Of a stretch of 64,000 nt of DNA, positions 47,731-59,064 are shown one piece after another (the stretch's first letter is position 1; each line of letters starts with the position of its first letter). The notes under the pieces are model-generated. The model was given only the letters and a program-made list of their open reading frames with translations. It ran no database searches and was not told the origin of the DNA. Position numbers and translations under genes: made by a program. This stretch comes from Ilumatobacteraceae bacterium (GTDB lineage: Bacteria > Actinomycetota > Acidimicrobiia > Acidimicrobiales > Ilumatobacteraceae). Location: positions 3,723-67,722 of the forward strand of contig SHUW01000001.1 in NCBI GenBank assembly GCA_009694465.1, given 5' to 3'.

Positions 47731-48916
47731 GTATCAAAAGAACTGGCAATCAATTAGGTGGTAAGGCTGCCATCGTCGGCATTGGTGCCACTGAGTTTTC
47801 CAAAGAATCTGGGCGGAGTGAGATGAGTTTGGCCTCAGAGGCAGTTGCTGCAGCGATTGCTGATGCAGGTCTTGCGCCCAGTGACGTTGATGGAATGGTG
47901 ACGTACTCGTCGGACAATAATCCCGAAGTTGAAATTGCGCGTCACCTTGGTATCGGAAGTTTGCGACACTTCAGTCGCGTGCACTACGGCGGAGGTGCAG
48001 CATGTGGAACTGTGGCACTGGCCGCAATGGCGGTAGCCACAGGCGTGGCCGATGTTGTTGTCTGCTATCGCGCCTTCAATGAACGCAGTGGACGTCGCTT
48101 TGGAGCAGGCATTCAAGATATCCCCAATGCAGCGACCGCTGAGCGCGCCCAATTTTCTTGGACAACGCCTTTTGGTCAACTCACTCCGGCAAGTTGGGTA
48201 GCCATGGTTGCGCGACGTTACATGCATCTCTACGGTGCCACCTCGCAAGACTTTGGACGTGTTGCAGTCGCTGGTCGACGCCATGCTGCGACTAACCCCG
48301 CGGCATGGTTTTACAATCAGCCAATCACTCTTGAAGAGCATCAGGCCAGTCGCTGGATCGTTGATCCCTTACACCTTCTTGACTGCTGCCAAGAAAGTGA
48401 TGGTGGGCAGGCTTTGGTCATCACCAGCGCCGAACGTGCTCGTGATCTACCAAACACTCCAGCCTTAATTGTCGCGACTGCCCAAGGTGCTGGTGAAGAA
48501 CAGTGGACGATGACATCATTCTTTCGCGATGACATTGCCCAATTGCCAGAAATGAAAGTCGTGGCTGACGAATTGTGGACCTCGTCGGGACTGACCCCTG
48601 CTGATATCCAGACCGCCATTCTCTACGACCATTTCACACCCTATGTTTTGATGCAGTTAGAAGAATTTGGATTCTGTGGTCGTGGCGAGGCCAAGGACTT
48701 CATCCAAGATGGCGCCCTTGAAATGGGTGGAAAATTACCCATCAACACGCACGGTGGACAATTGGGTGAAGCATATATTCACGGCATGAACGGCATCGCT
48801 GAAGCCGTACGTCAGGTACGTGGAACAAGTGTCAATCAAGTAGATAGTGTTAAAAACGTTCTTGTTACTGCGGGAACAGGGGTCCCCACAAGTGGGCTGA
48901 TTTTAGGAGTCGATCG

Positions 48917-48920
<4 letters not shown>
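47727..48920 (+). CDS. Thiolase-fold lipid-transfer protein (Ltp2/SCP-x-like; possible retro-aldolase or thiolase)
   Basis: AAIVGIGATEFSK N-terminus and INTHGGQLGEAYIHGMNG C-terminus are typical of Ltp-type thiolase-like proteins. GTGA overlap with the upstream gene. Confidence 0.8.
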
Positions 48921-51353
<2,433 letters not shown>

Positions 51354-51382
51354 TTTCGTTTTTCTGCAGAACGAAAAATTAC

Positions 51383-52573
51383 TTATCGCGTCGAGCGAAC
51401 TAAACCAAGACCAGCAGTGGCTACTAGTTCGCGTTGAATTTCATTCACCCCACCACCAAAGGTGTTGATCTGGGCGGCCCGTGCGGCGCGCTCAACTTCA
51501 CCGTGAATGACAGCGCCCTGCGAGCCCTCACGAAGGTGTGAAACTGGGCCAAGGATTCCTTGCAAAATGCGGTACACCTCTACTGCCTTCTCGGTTCCAA
51601 AGACTTTGACGCCCGAAGCCTCAGCTGGTCCAAGCGTATTGTCAGCCACTGATTGCGCAAGCTTCCATGTCATCAAACGAATGGCATCAAGAAGAGCATG
51701 ACTCTTAGCTAAATCGGTTTGCACCCACGGCACATCAACCATTTTTTCACCAGCTGGTCCACCCGACGGCGTTACTCGACACCAAGTGGTTACGTCATCA
51801 AGTAGACGCTCCGTGAGGCCAGACAAGGCAGCCAAACCTACGCGCTCGTGGTTCAACTGCATCGTGATCAACTTCCAACCACCATTGATCTGACCAATCA
51901 CATTTTCTTTGGGAACTCGCACATCTGCGTAGTAGGTCGCTGTGGTCATCACACCACCCACGGTCACGATCGGCGTCCAAGTAAAACCAGGAGAATTAGT
52001 CGGCACGATAATCAGAGTGATGCCCTGATGCTTAGGGGCTTCGGTATCGGTGCGACAAGCCAACCACACATAATCACTTTGGTTAGCGCCCGAGGTGTAG
52101 ACCTTGTTGCCATTGATGACCCATTCATCACCATCGAGAACTGCTGAGCAACGCAAACTTGCAAGGTCGGTGCCCGACTCGGGTTCGGTGTAGCCAATGG
52201 CAAAGTTAATCTCGCCCTTCATAATGCCTGTGAGATATTGATCTTTCTGAGCCTGTGTCCCGTGCGCCATAATCGCTGGTCCCACAGTGTTTACTGTGAC
52301 AAATGGAAACGGTGCATGAGCTCGTTGAATTTCATCAAACATGATGAATTGATCCGTGGCAGGTCGGCCTTGCCCACCAAACTCTTTTGGCCACCCCAGT
52401 CCCAACCAGCCATCGGCTCCAATCTTGCGCACCAATTCACGAAAGAGCGGCTTGCCTTCACCAGATTCACCAAGTTCAGCGCGAACCTCTGGGGTCAATA
52501 AAGCAGCGAAATATTCTCGAAGTTCTTTACGCAATGCTTGCTGTTCGGCAGTTTCGGCGAGATACATATTCAA
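51383..52573 (-). CDS. Acyl-CoA dehydrogenase (FadE family)
   Basis: Full ACAD pattern with the C-terminal FGGGVNEIQRELVATAGLGL. Confidence 0.9.
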   Translation of the reverse strand: MNMYLAETAEQQALRKELREYFAALLTPEVRAELGESGEGKPLFRELVRKIGADGWLGLGWPKEFGGQGRPATDQFIMFDEIQRAHAPFPFVTVNTVGPAIMAHGTQAQKDQYLTGIMKGEINFAIGYTEPESGTDLASLRCSAVLDGDEWVINGNKVYTSGANQSDYVWLACRTDTEAPKHQGITLIIVPTNSPGFTWTPIVTVGGVMTTATYYADVRVPKENVIGQINGGWKLITMQLNHERVGLAALSGLTERLLDDVTTWCRVTPSGGPAGEKMVDVPWVQTDLAKSHALLDAIRLMTWKLAQSVADNTLGPAEASGVKVFGTEKAVEVYRILQGILGPVSHLREGSQGAVIHGEVERAARAAQINTFGGGVNEIQRELVATAGLGLVRSTR

Positions 52574-52583
52574 ACATTACCCC

Positions 52584-52606
52584 CGTTCTGACATAGCGTC
52601 AGAAAC
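52584..52606. promoter_or_regulatory. Candidate operator, copy 7 (CGTTCTGAC-ATAGC-GTCAGAAAC)
   Basis: Lies 11 nt upstream of the minus-strand ACAD start. TTCTGAC-N5-GTCAGAA is a perfect core. Confidence 0.65.
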
Positions 52607-52648
52607 CGTACGGCACAATTTTTCAAATATTTCCGCTAGACAATAGGG

Positions 52649-53263
52649 GTGCTCATGCTTTTCCCCGAACCTGGTGAGATTTCTCTGGAGATCGCGTATT
52701 CCGCCGAGCATCGCGTGCGCCAAGGAGACCGCCCATGGATCGTGATGTCGATGATCAGCACGGTAGATGGGGCAATCTCTCTTGAGGGCAACTCCGCTCT
52801 TTTGGGCGGGCCCACAGATAGGGCAGTTTTTCTCCATCTCCATCGTGGCGCCGACAGTGTGCTGGTGGGAGCACACACAGTTCGTCAAGATACCTATTCG
52901 CCACTCCCCGCTCATCAGGTCCTCGTGGTGGCCTCAATTTCTGGTGATCTAGGCCGCAACTCCCAAGCCCTCCTGGCGTCTGGCAACACGCGCATTGTTT
53001 CGGGCGATGTGCGCGACTTCGTCAAAGACTTGCCGGGCTCGGTCTGTGTTCTTGAAGGTGGACCCGATCTCAACGGGCAAATGTTGGCTGCTGATCTTGT
53101 TGATGAAGTGTGCCTCACAATCGCCCCACGTTTTATCGGAGGTCAGGGCGGGCGTATCAGCCAAGGTTCGTGGGCTCTGCGCGATCCGTGGCATCTGGCG
53201 CATGTATGTGAAGACGAAGGATTTTTATTTCTGCGTTATTTACGTTCATCCAATAATGGCTGA
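52649..53263 (+). CDS. RibD C-terminal-domain / dihydrofolate-reductase-like reductase
   Basis: MSMISTVDGAISLEGNSALLGGPTDRAVFLHLHRGADSVLVGAHTV matches the RibD_C family pattern. The start is GTG 52649 or ATG 52655. Confidence 0.7.
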   Translation: MLMLFPEPGEISLEIAYSAEHRVRQGDRPWIVMSMISTVDGAISLEGNSALLGGPTDRAVFLHLHRGADSVLVGAHTVRQDTYSPLPAHQVLVVASISGDLGRNSQALLASGNTRIVSGDVRDFVKDLPGSVCVLEGGPDLNGQMLAADLVDEVCLTIAPRFIGGQGGRISQGSWALRDPWHLAHVCEDEGFLFLRYLRSSNNG

Positions 53264-54138
53264 GACATTTTCGGCAAAGAATTAATAGGTGGACGACTCG
53301 CAATATTCAGTTGCATCGGATCAAGCGTCTTGCGATGCAACATAGGTATTGCTTCGGCGAAACTAGGTGGCTGAGCAACGCGCATCAACAATGTGGCGGC
53401 AACTTCAGCGGCCTGAATTGCCAATGTTTCCAACTTATGGTGGCGGTGCAAACGTACGCCTAAATCCACCTGCCCAAGACTCCCTGTACCGAACTTGGCG
53501 GCCATATCAATCAGCATCCCGATCTCTACGCCCCACCCTGTGGCAAAGGGAATCGCCTCAAGCATTGTGCGTCGACCAGCGAATTCTCCAGCCAATGGTT
53601 GCTGAAGATCAGCAATCTCGGGGAAATACATGGACAGCAACGGACGCGCCACCAACTCAGTGGTGCGCCCTCCGCCACCTAAATGCGATGGACGCTCATA
53701 ATTCGCCTTAACTAAACCAAGTTCGTCGTCAATCAGTAACGGCATCACCAAACGAATAATCCATTCGGTTGTGAAACTTGTGATGTCTCCATCAATCCAC
53801 ACCACGATGTCGCCCGAACTGACCAACAAACTGGCCCACAGAGCGTTGCCTTTGCCGCGCTCTACGCCGTGAAAAAAATGCACATAGTCCACTGGGATAA
53901 CTGTTGCCCCCGCTTCGGCAGCGATCTCACCAGTGCCATCGCTTGAATCATCATCAAGCACAATCAACTCGTCAATCAAAGTACCGAGCAAAGTCGGTTC
54001 AATCATGCGTACTAAATCACCGACAGTGCCGGCCTCATTACGACATGGAATACAGACCGATATTGTGCGATCACCTTTAGCGGCGATTGCGCTCGCAAGA
54101 GTCCATCTCGTTGGGTCGAATGTCTTGATAGCACTCAT
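53236..54138 (-). CDS. gpgS: Glucosyl-3-phosphoglycerate synthase (GT81 family)
   Basis: Start set at the ATG at 54138. ISVCIPCRNE..., LIDELIVLDDDSSDGT, RGKGNALW and VVWIDGDI closely follow the mycobacterial GpgS pattern as I remember it. Confidence 0.8.
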   Translation of the reverse strand: MSAIKTFDPTRWTLASAIAAKGDRTISVCIPCRNEAGTVGDLVRMIEPTLLGTLIDELIVLDDDSSDGTGEIAAEAGATVIPVDYVHFFHGVERGKGNALWASLLVSSGDIVVWIDGDITSFTTEWIIRLVMPLLIDDELGLVKANYERPSHLGGGGRTTELVARPLLSMYFPEIADLQQPLAGEFAGRRTMLEAIPFATGWGVEIGMLIDMAAKFGTGSLGQVDLGVRLHRHHKLETLAIQAAEVAATLLMRVAQPPSFAEAIPMLHRKTLDPMQLNIASRPPINSLPKMSQPLLDERK

Positions 54139-54166
54139 CTTCGCTCCATCGCATAACCTGAAAAGC

Positions 54167-54916
54167 ATGTTCTTGTATGGCGTTGTAAACGCTTCACCTG
54201 ACTCATTAAACCTTGATTCAATCGCAACTGACGCTATCTCTGCCAAGCGGAGGGGTGAATATCTGCTGAATCATGGATGTAATGGTATTGATCTGGGCGG
54301 TCAAGGCTCGACGGACAAAGCCACGGTTATTCCATGGCAGGAGGAATGGGCAAGGCTCAAGGAGATCATCTTAGCCCTGGCCTTATTCAAGGTTCCCGTG
54401 AGTATTGATTCATGGAAGCCCGAAGTCACCCGCCTCGCCTTAGAGCACGGAGCCACGGTCATCAACGCCGCCGATGGGATGCAGAGCACGGAAATGTGGC
54501 AGGTAGCCGCCGATTTTCAGGCTCCCATTGTCTTGCCCTTTTTATCGGGCCCGAACCCACGCGAGATGGAACTTGTCAAAGCCGATCCCGTGCAAGTGAT
54601 GTTGGATTTTTTTGAGGCGCAATTGAAGATCGCTGATCGCTACGGCTTACGCAAACTGTGCATCCTCGATCCAGGCACTGGCTTCGCCCCATCAAATTGG
54701 CCGTGGGAAGAGCGCTACCTCTATCAAAAACGTGTGTATTCACATCTCGACAAGTTGCGCGTCTTCAATTTGCCTCTCTATATCGCTCTACCCTGGAAAG
54801 AAACTGCTCAGCACGATGAACTCTTAGAAATTGTTCTACGGCAGCAACCCGAATTTGGTCGCGGGCATTACCCAGAGAAAATTCGTCGTGTCGAAAGCGA
54901 ACTCGGACTTAACTAG
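54167..54916 (+). CDS. Pterin-binding (dihydropteroate synthase-fold) protein, non-canonical
   Basis: Start at the ATG at 54167 (MFLYGVVNASPDS...). DHPS-like NxxPDS and IDLGG motifs are present. The canonical GGESTRPG is replaced by GGQGSTDKA. Confidence 0.65.
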   Translation: MFLYGVVNASPDSLNLDSIATDAISAKRRGEYLLNHGCNGIDLGGQGSTDKATVIPWQEEWARLKEIILALALFKVPVSIDSWKPEVTRLALEHGATVINAADGMQSTEMWQVAADFQAPIVLPFLSGPNPREMELVKADPVQVMLDFFEAQLKIADRYGLRKLCILDPGTGFAPSNWPWEERYLYQKRVYSHLDKLRVFNLPLYIALPWKETAQHDELLEIVLRQQPEFGRGHYPEKIRRVESELGLN

Positions 54917-55383
54917 CGACAGTCGTTCAATGGCCCGCGTCCGTAGACGGCATCGGGAGGCAGATTGATTTCCCAATCAATCGGACAACGCTGAGGGGCC
55001 ACCTCACTCAGTGGAGCTAGCACGAAACGGCGCTCGCTATAACGCGGATGTGGCACCGTCAGTTCTCCTCCGCTGATGCACACATCATCAAAGAACAATA
55101 AATCAAGGTCAAGAGTTCTAGGACCCCAATGGATTTCTCGAACGCGCCCAGCATCAGCTTCGATTCTGTGCAACCAACGCATGAACGCATACGGATCTAA
55201 CTCAGTCTCAATCACTGCCACCATGTTTAGATAAGCCCCTTGATTGTCTGGCCCGCCGATGGGATCAGTTTCAAAAACCTGTGACTGAGACAAGACACTG
55301 TCGCTTAATTGATCAATCGCAAATTTGAGAAATTCAACCCTGTCACCCACATTGGATCCGAGGGCAATCACCGCTTGGTGCAT
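54913..55383 (-). CDS. folK: 2-amino-4-hydroxy-6-hydroxymethyldihydropteridine diphosphokinase (HPPK)
   Basis: IALGSNVGDR, WGPRTLDLDLL and PHPR motifs. Confidence 0.85.
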   Translation of the reverse strand: MHQAVIALGSNVGDRVEFLKFAIDQLSDSVLSQSQVFETDPIGGPDNQGAYLNMVAVIETELDPYAFMRWLHRIEADAGRVREIHWGPRTLDLDLLFFDDVCISGGELTVPHPRYSERRFVLAPLSEVAPQRCPIDWEINLPPDAVYGRGPLNDCR

Positions 55384-55395
55384 CGTCGCGCCCGC

Positions 55396-55812
55396 TCAGG
55401 TTGTCCGAAGGCGAAGGATACGTACGGCCGACGATTCCACATCTTCGGGTATCGGTGGACGCAATTTGGTCAATGTCAATTCAACACCAAGAACGCCAGG
55501 GAACTGCAACACCACGTCAGCCATGCGCTGAGCCAAACGTTCGAGCAAAAGGTCGCTTGTAGTGCGCGCTACCTCGGCAATCTGCATCGAGACTTCTCCG
55601 TAATGGACAGTTTGACTGAGGTCATCACTGCGCCCAGCATCTTTGAGATCGACATGAATATCTATATCCACTCGCAGAGGTTGGGCCGCCTGACGCTCAT
55701 GTTCAAGCACCCCAATCACACTGACTACACGCAGTCCAGTTATCAAAATATGGTCTGTCACAGATGCCACGGTACCGTTGTCATCGGTCAAGTGACACCG
55801 TCCTGTTGTCAT
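55396..55812 (-). CDS. folB: Dihydroneopterin aldolase
   Basis: ITGLRVVSVIGVLEHERQAAQPLRVDIDI...TVHYGEV matches the FolB pattern. The start directly abuts the gatB stop. Confidence 0.8.
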   Translation of the reverse strand: MTTGRCHLTDDNGTVASVTDHILITGLRVVSVIGVLEHERQAAQPLRVDIDIHVDLKDAGRSDDLSQTVHYGEVSMQIAEVARTTSDLLLERLAQRMADVVLQFPGVLGVELTLTKLRPPIPEDVESSAVRILRLRTT

Positions 55813-57297
55813 TCAAGAACGTTTGGCTTGTAGCAACGCCGTCACGGCCTTGCCGTCAGCCTTACCTTGGCTGGCTTTCATGATCGCTCCCACCAAAGCA
55901 CCCATGGCCTTTTCTTCACCGCCACAATATTTTGCCCAGGATTCGCTTTGAGCGGCGATGACTTGATCAACGATGGCTTCAAGCGCCGAGTTATCCAGCG
56001 CCTCAAAGCCCTTCGCAGCAGCAATGGCCGTGGCATCTCCTCCACCGTGGGCCACAAGTTCGCCGAGAACCGTCTTGGCCTGAGTGGACGTCAATTTGCC
56101 ACCAGTTTCCAAAATAATCATTCCCGCAAGATCGCCCGCAGGCACTGCGGGGTTGAAACCCTGCTCAGCAAAAGCCTCCTTGACATGTACCAAAGCTCGC
56201 CCCACATCTCCGCCAGCGAGACCGACAGCGAGCACATAATCATCTTGTCCGCGTTCAACGATGACCATGATTGATTCTGCATCGCTGGCGACTCCTGTGG
56301 CTTGAGCCAAACGATTTCGTCGCTCGCGTGGCAACATCGGCAATGCTGCACGCACCGCCTCAATCCACGCCGCGTCTGGATCTAGCGGCACCAGATCAGG
56401 CTCAAGGAAGTAGCGATAATCATCGGCATCTTCTTTAGAACGCAAGGTATGGGTACGACCATCGGTCTCATCCCAGTGGCGAGTCTCTTGGCGAATCTTC
56501 TCACCTGCTTCAAGTAAAACAATCTGACGACGCGCCTCGTATTCAATAGCGCGGCCAAGTGAACGAACTGAGTTCACGTTCTTGATTTCGCATCTAATAC
56601 CAAGTGGTGCTCCAGGTTTGCGCACACTGACGTTGGCGTCACAGCGCATTGAGCCTTCTTCCATTTTCGCATCAGAGGCTCCAATGGCTACCAAGATCTG
56701 GCGAAGTTCGGTGACATATTGACGGGCCTCATCTGGGGTAGCGATATCCGGGCGACCAACAATTTCAACCAATGGCACACCGGCGCGGTTGAAGTCAATC
56801 AACGAATGAGCACTGCCATGAATACGACCGCCAGCGCCCCCGACATGGGTGCTCTTTCCCGTGTCTTCTTCAAGGTGAGCGCGCTCAATACCAATGCTTT
56901 TGCCACTCGGCAACTCCAGCCAACCATTGACATTGATGGGTTGGTCGTATTGCGAAATCTGATACGCCTTAGGCATGTCGGGATAGAAATAATTCTTGCG
57001 ATGGAAGGTGCTTGCTTGCACAGTGCAGTTCAGAGCCAGCCCAATGCGCATCGCCAACTCAACTGCCTGACGATTGAGCACTGGTAAGGCTCCCGGCAGA
57101 CCAAGAGTGACGGGATCAATGTGAGTATTCGGTTCATCACCAAATCTGTTCGCACTCGCAGAAAACAATTTAGTTGCAGTTGCAAGTTCCACGTGGACTT
57201 CTAGTCCACACACCAATTCGTAACCATCCAAAAGATATGAACCATCGTTGGGCGCAACCTTGATTTCGTTCTTACTCATATCGAACTGAGTCATCAT
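55813..57297 (-). CDS. gatB: Asp-tRNA(Asn)/Glu-tRNA(Gln) amidotransferase subunit B
   Basis: YELVCGLEVHVEL, KNYFYPD and the C-terminal YqeY-like tail. Overlaps the gatA stop. Confidence 0.95.
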   Translation of the reverse strand: MMTQFDMSKNEIKVAPNDGSYLLDGYELVCGLEVHVELATATKLFSASANRFGDEPNTHIDPVTLGLPGALPVLNRQAVELAMRIGLALNCTVQASTFHRKNYFYPDMPKAYQISQYDQPINVNGWLELPSGKSIGIERAHLEEDTGKSTHVGGAGGRIHGSAHSLIDFNRAGVPLVEIVGRPDIATPDEARQYVTELRQILVAIGASDAKMEEGSMRCDANVSVRKPGAPLGIRCEIKNVNSVRSLGRAIEYEARRQIVLLEAGEKIRQETRHWDETDGRTHTLRSKEDADDYRYFLEPDLVPLDPDAAWIEAVRAALPMLPRERRNRLAQATGVASDAESIMVIVERGQDDYVLAVGLAGGDVGRALVHVKEAFAEQGFNPAVPAGDLAGMIILETGGKLTSTQAKTVLGELVAHGGGDATAIAAAKGFEALDNSALEAIVDQVIAAQSESWAKYCGGEEKAMGALVGAIMKASQGKADGKAVTALLQAKRS

Positions 57298-58739
57298 CCA
57301 CCACCAGACGCAATCATGCTGCGCTCTAATGAAGCGGCAACTCTAAACATTGTTTGCTCACCCAAAGTTGGAGCCATTATCTGAACACCGACTGGCAAAC
57401 CAAAGGCACCAGTACCAAAGGGCACGCTCATTGCTGGATGTCCAGCCAAGTTGGTGGGGATGGTGTACACATCGCAGAGATACATCGCCAGTGGATCATC
57501 TGACTTTGCCCCGACTGGAAAAGCCACGATCGGCGAAGTCGGCGTTAACAACACATCAGCCTTGGTGTAAGCACGATCAAAATCTTCGCTGATCAAGCGA
57601 CGAACCTTGAGGGCCTTGCCGTAATAGGCGTCGTAGTACCCAGCCGACAAAGCATAGGTACCCAGCATGATGCGGCGCTTTACTTCATCTCCAAATCCAG
57701 CCGAGCGCGTTGCGCTGTACATCGCATTGGTATCAGGTGCGTTGACACGCATGCCGTAACGCACACCGTCATAACGCGCCAAGTTACTGCTGGCTTCTGC
57801 GGGGGCGATCAAATAATATGCCGTTAAGCCATATTTCATTGACGGCATCTGCACGTCCACCATGATTGCTCCAGCAGCCTGAAGAGCGTCAAAGGCCGCT
57901 TCAAGACGCTCAGTGACATCGGGGTCGGCACCACCAGGCATATCGGTGATCCGACCGACGCGTAAACCTTCCACGCCTTGAGACAACACGCCCTGTAAAG
58001 ACAATGGGCCCTGCGGAATTGAAGTTGAGTCCATGGGGTCATGACCACTGATTGCTTCCAGCACCAAAGCCGAGTCGCGCACATCAGTGGAGAATGGACC
58101 GACCTGATCAAGACTGCTAGCGAAAGCCACTAACCCATAACGACTCACCGTGCCATATGTGGGCTTGACGCCGACGACCCCACATAATGCGGCAGGCTGA
58201 CGAATTGAGCCACCAGTATCGCTACCAATACTGATAGGAGAAAAACCAGCAGCGACGGCAGCAGCACTTCCGCCACTTGAACCACCTGACACGCGGGTGA
58301 TGTCGCGCGGGTTATAGGTGACACCAAAAGCTGAGTTCTCGGTGCTTGACCCCATAGCAAATTCATCAAGGTTGGTTTTACCGATTGTGACCGCTCCCGC
58401 AGCAGCTAAACGCTGAACAACTGTTGCGTCATACGGTGGGCGCCAGCCCTCAAGAATCTTCGATGAACAGGTGGTCGCAATGCCTCGTGTGCACATGTTG
58501 TCTTTAATCGCTATCGGCACACCTGCGAGCACCCCTGGATCACGACCTGCAGCAACATCGGCGTCAATGCGCGAAGCGGCAGCGCGTGCCTCATCAGTAG
58601 TCACCAAGTTGAAGGCATGAATTTCCCCTTCGCGTTCAGCAATACGCTCCAAGTGTGCTTCAAGAACATCAGTGGCCTTCAGAACTCCAGAGCGAACAGC
58701 ATCGGCGATGGCAGCCGCAGTGCTAGGAATTGTTGTCAT
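57294..58739 (-). CDS. gatA: Glu-tRNA(Gln) amidotransferase subunit A
   Basis: Start at the ATG at 58739, 1 nt after the gatC stop. Amidase signature [14 protein letters not shown] and KDN. Confidence 0.95.
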   Translation of the reverse strand: MTTIPSTAAAIADAVRSGVLKATDVLEAHLERIAEREGEIHAFNLVTTDEARAAASRIDADVAAGRDPGVLAGVPIAIKDNMCTRGIATTCSSKILEGWRPPYDATVVQRLAAAGAVTIGKTNLDEFAMGSSTENSAFGVTYNPRDITRVSGGSSGGSAAAVAAGFSPISIGSDTGGSIRQPAALCGVVGVKPTYGTVSRYGLVAFASSLDQVGPFSTDVRDSALVLEAISGHDPMDSTSIPQGPLSLQGVLSQGVEGLRVGRITDMPGGADPDVTERLEAAFDALQAAGAIMVDVQMPSMKYGLTAYYLIAPAEASSNLARYDGVRYGMRVNAPDTNAMYSATRSAGFGDEVKRRIMLGTYALSAGYYDAYYGKALKVRRLISEDFDRAYTKADVLLTPTSPIVAFPVGAKSDDPLAMYLCDVYTIPTNLAGHPAMSVPFGTGAFGLPVGVQIMAPTLGEQTMFRVAASLERSMIASGGG

Positions 58740-58740
58740 C

Positions 58741-59055
58741 TCAACCGTCCAATCCAACGATTGGCGGAACACGAAAGCGTCCCTCTTCGGCCGCCGGAGC
58801 ATTAGCCAAAACTTCGTCACGATCTAACCCCTGAACGACCACATCTTGGCGGAACACATTGGAGAGCGGGTAAGGACGCGTCATAGGTTCAACGGCACTC
58901 AAATCAAGGGCATCAATATCAGCAAAATGTTCCAACATCCCAGCAAGTTGCGAGGTCATGCGGGCAACCTCAGCGGGAGTGAGATCAAGGCGAGACAGGC
59001 GCGCAGCCTTGATCACCGCCTCTGTGGAAATACGTTCGGAAGCTGTTTCGGACAC
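58741..59055 (-). CDS. gatC: Glu-tRNA(Gln) amidotransferase subunit C
   Basis: ~100 aa. The LARLDLTPAEV...L..I......L pattern and its position upstream of gatA support the call. Confidence 0.9.
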   Translation of the reverse strand: MSETASERISTEAVIKAARLSRLDLTPAEVARMTSQLAGMLEHFADIDALDLSAVEPMTRPYPLSNVFRQDVVVQGLDRDEVLANAPAAEEGRFRVPPIVGLDG

Positions 59056-59064
59056 GCCTCAATG

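Noticed and set aside
51354-51376. AT-rich imperfect hairpin (TTTCGTT-TTTCTGCAG-AACGAAA, containing the palindrome TTCTGCAGAA) between the convergent thiolase and ACAD genes.
   Set aside because: It has a 7-bp A/T-rich stem and no flanking U-tract on either strand. It is at best a weak bidirectional terminator and is not reported as a feature.
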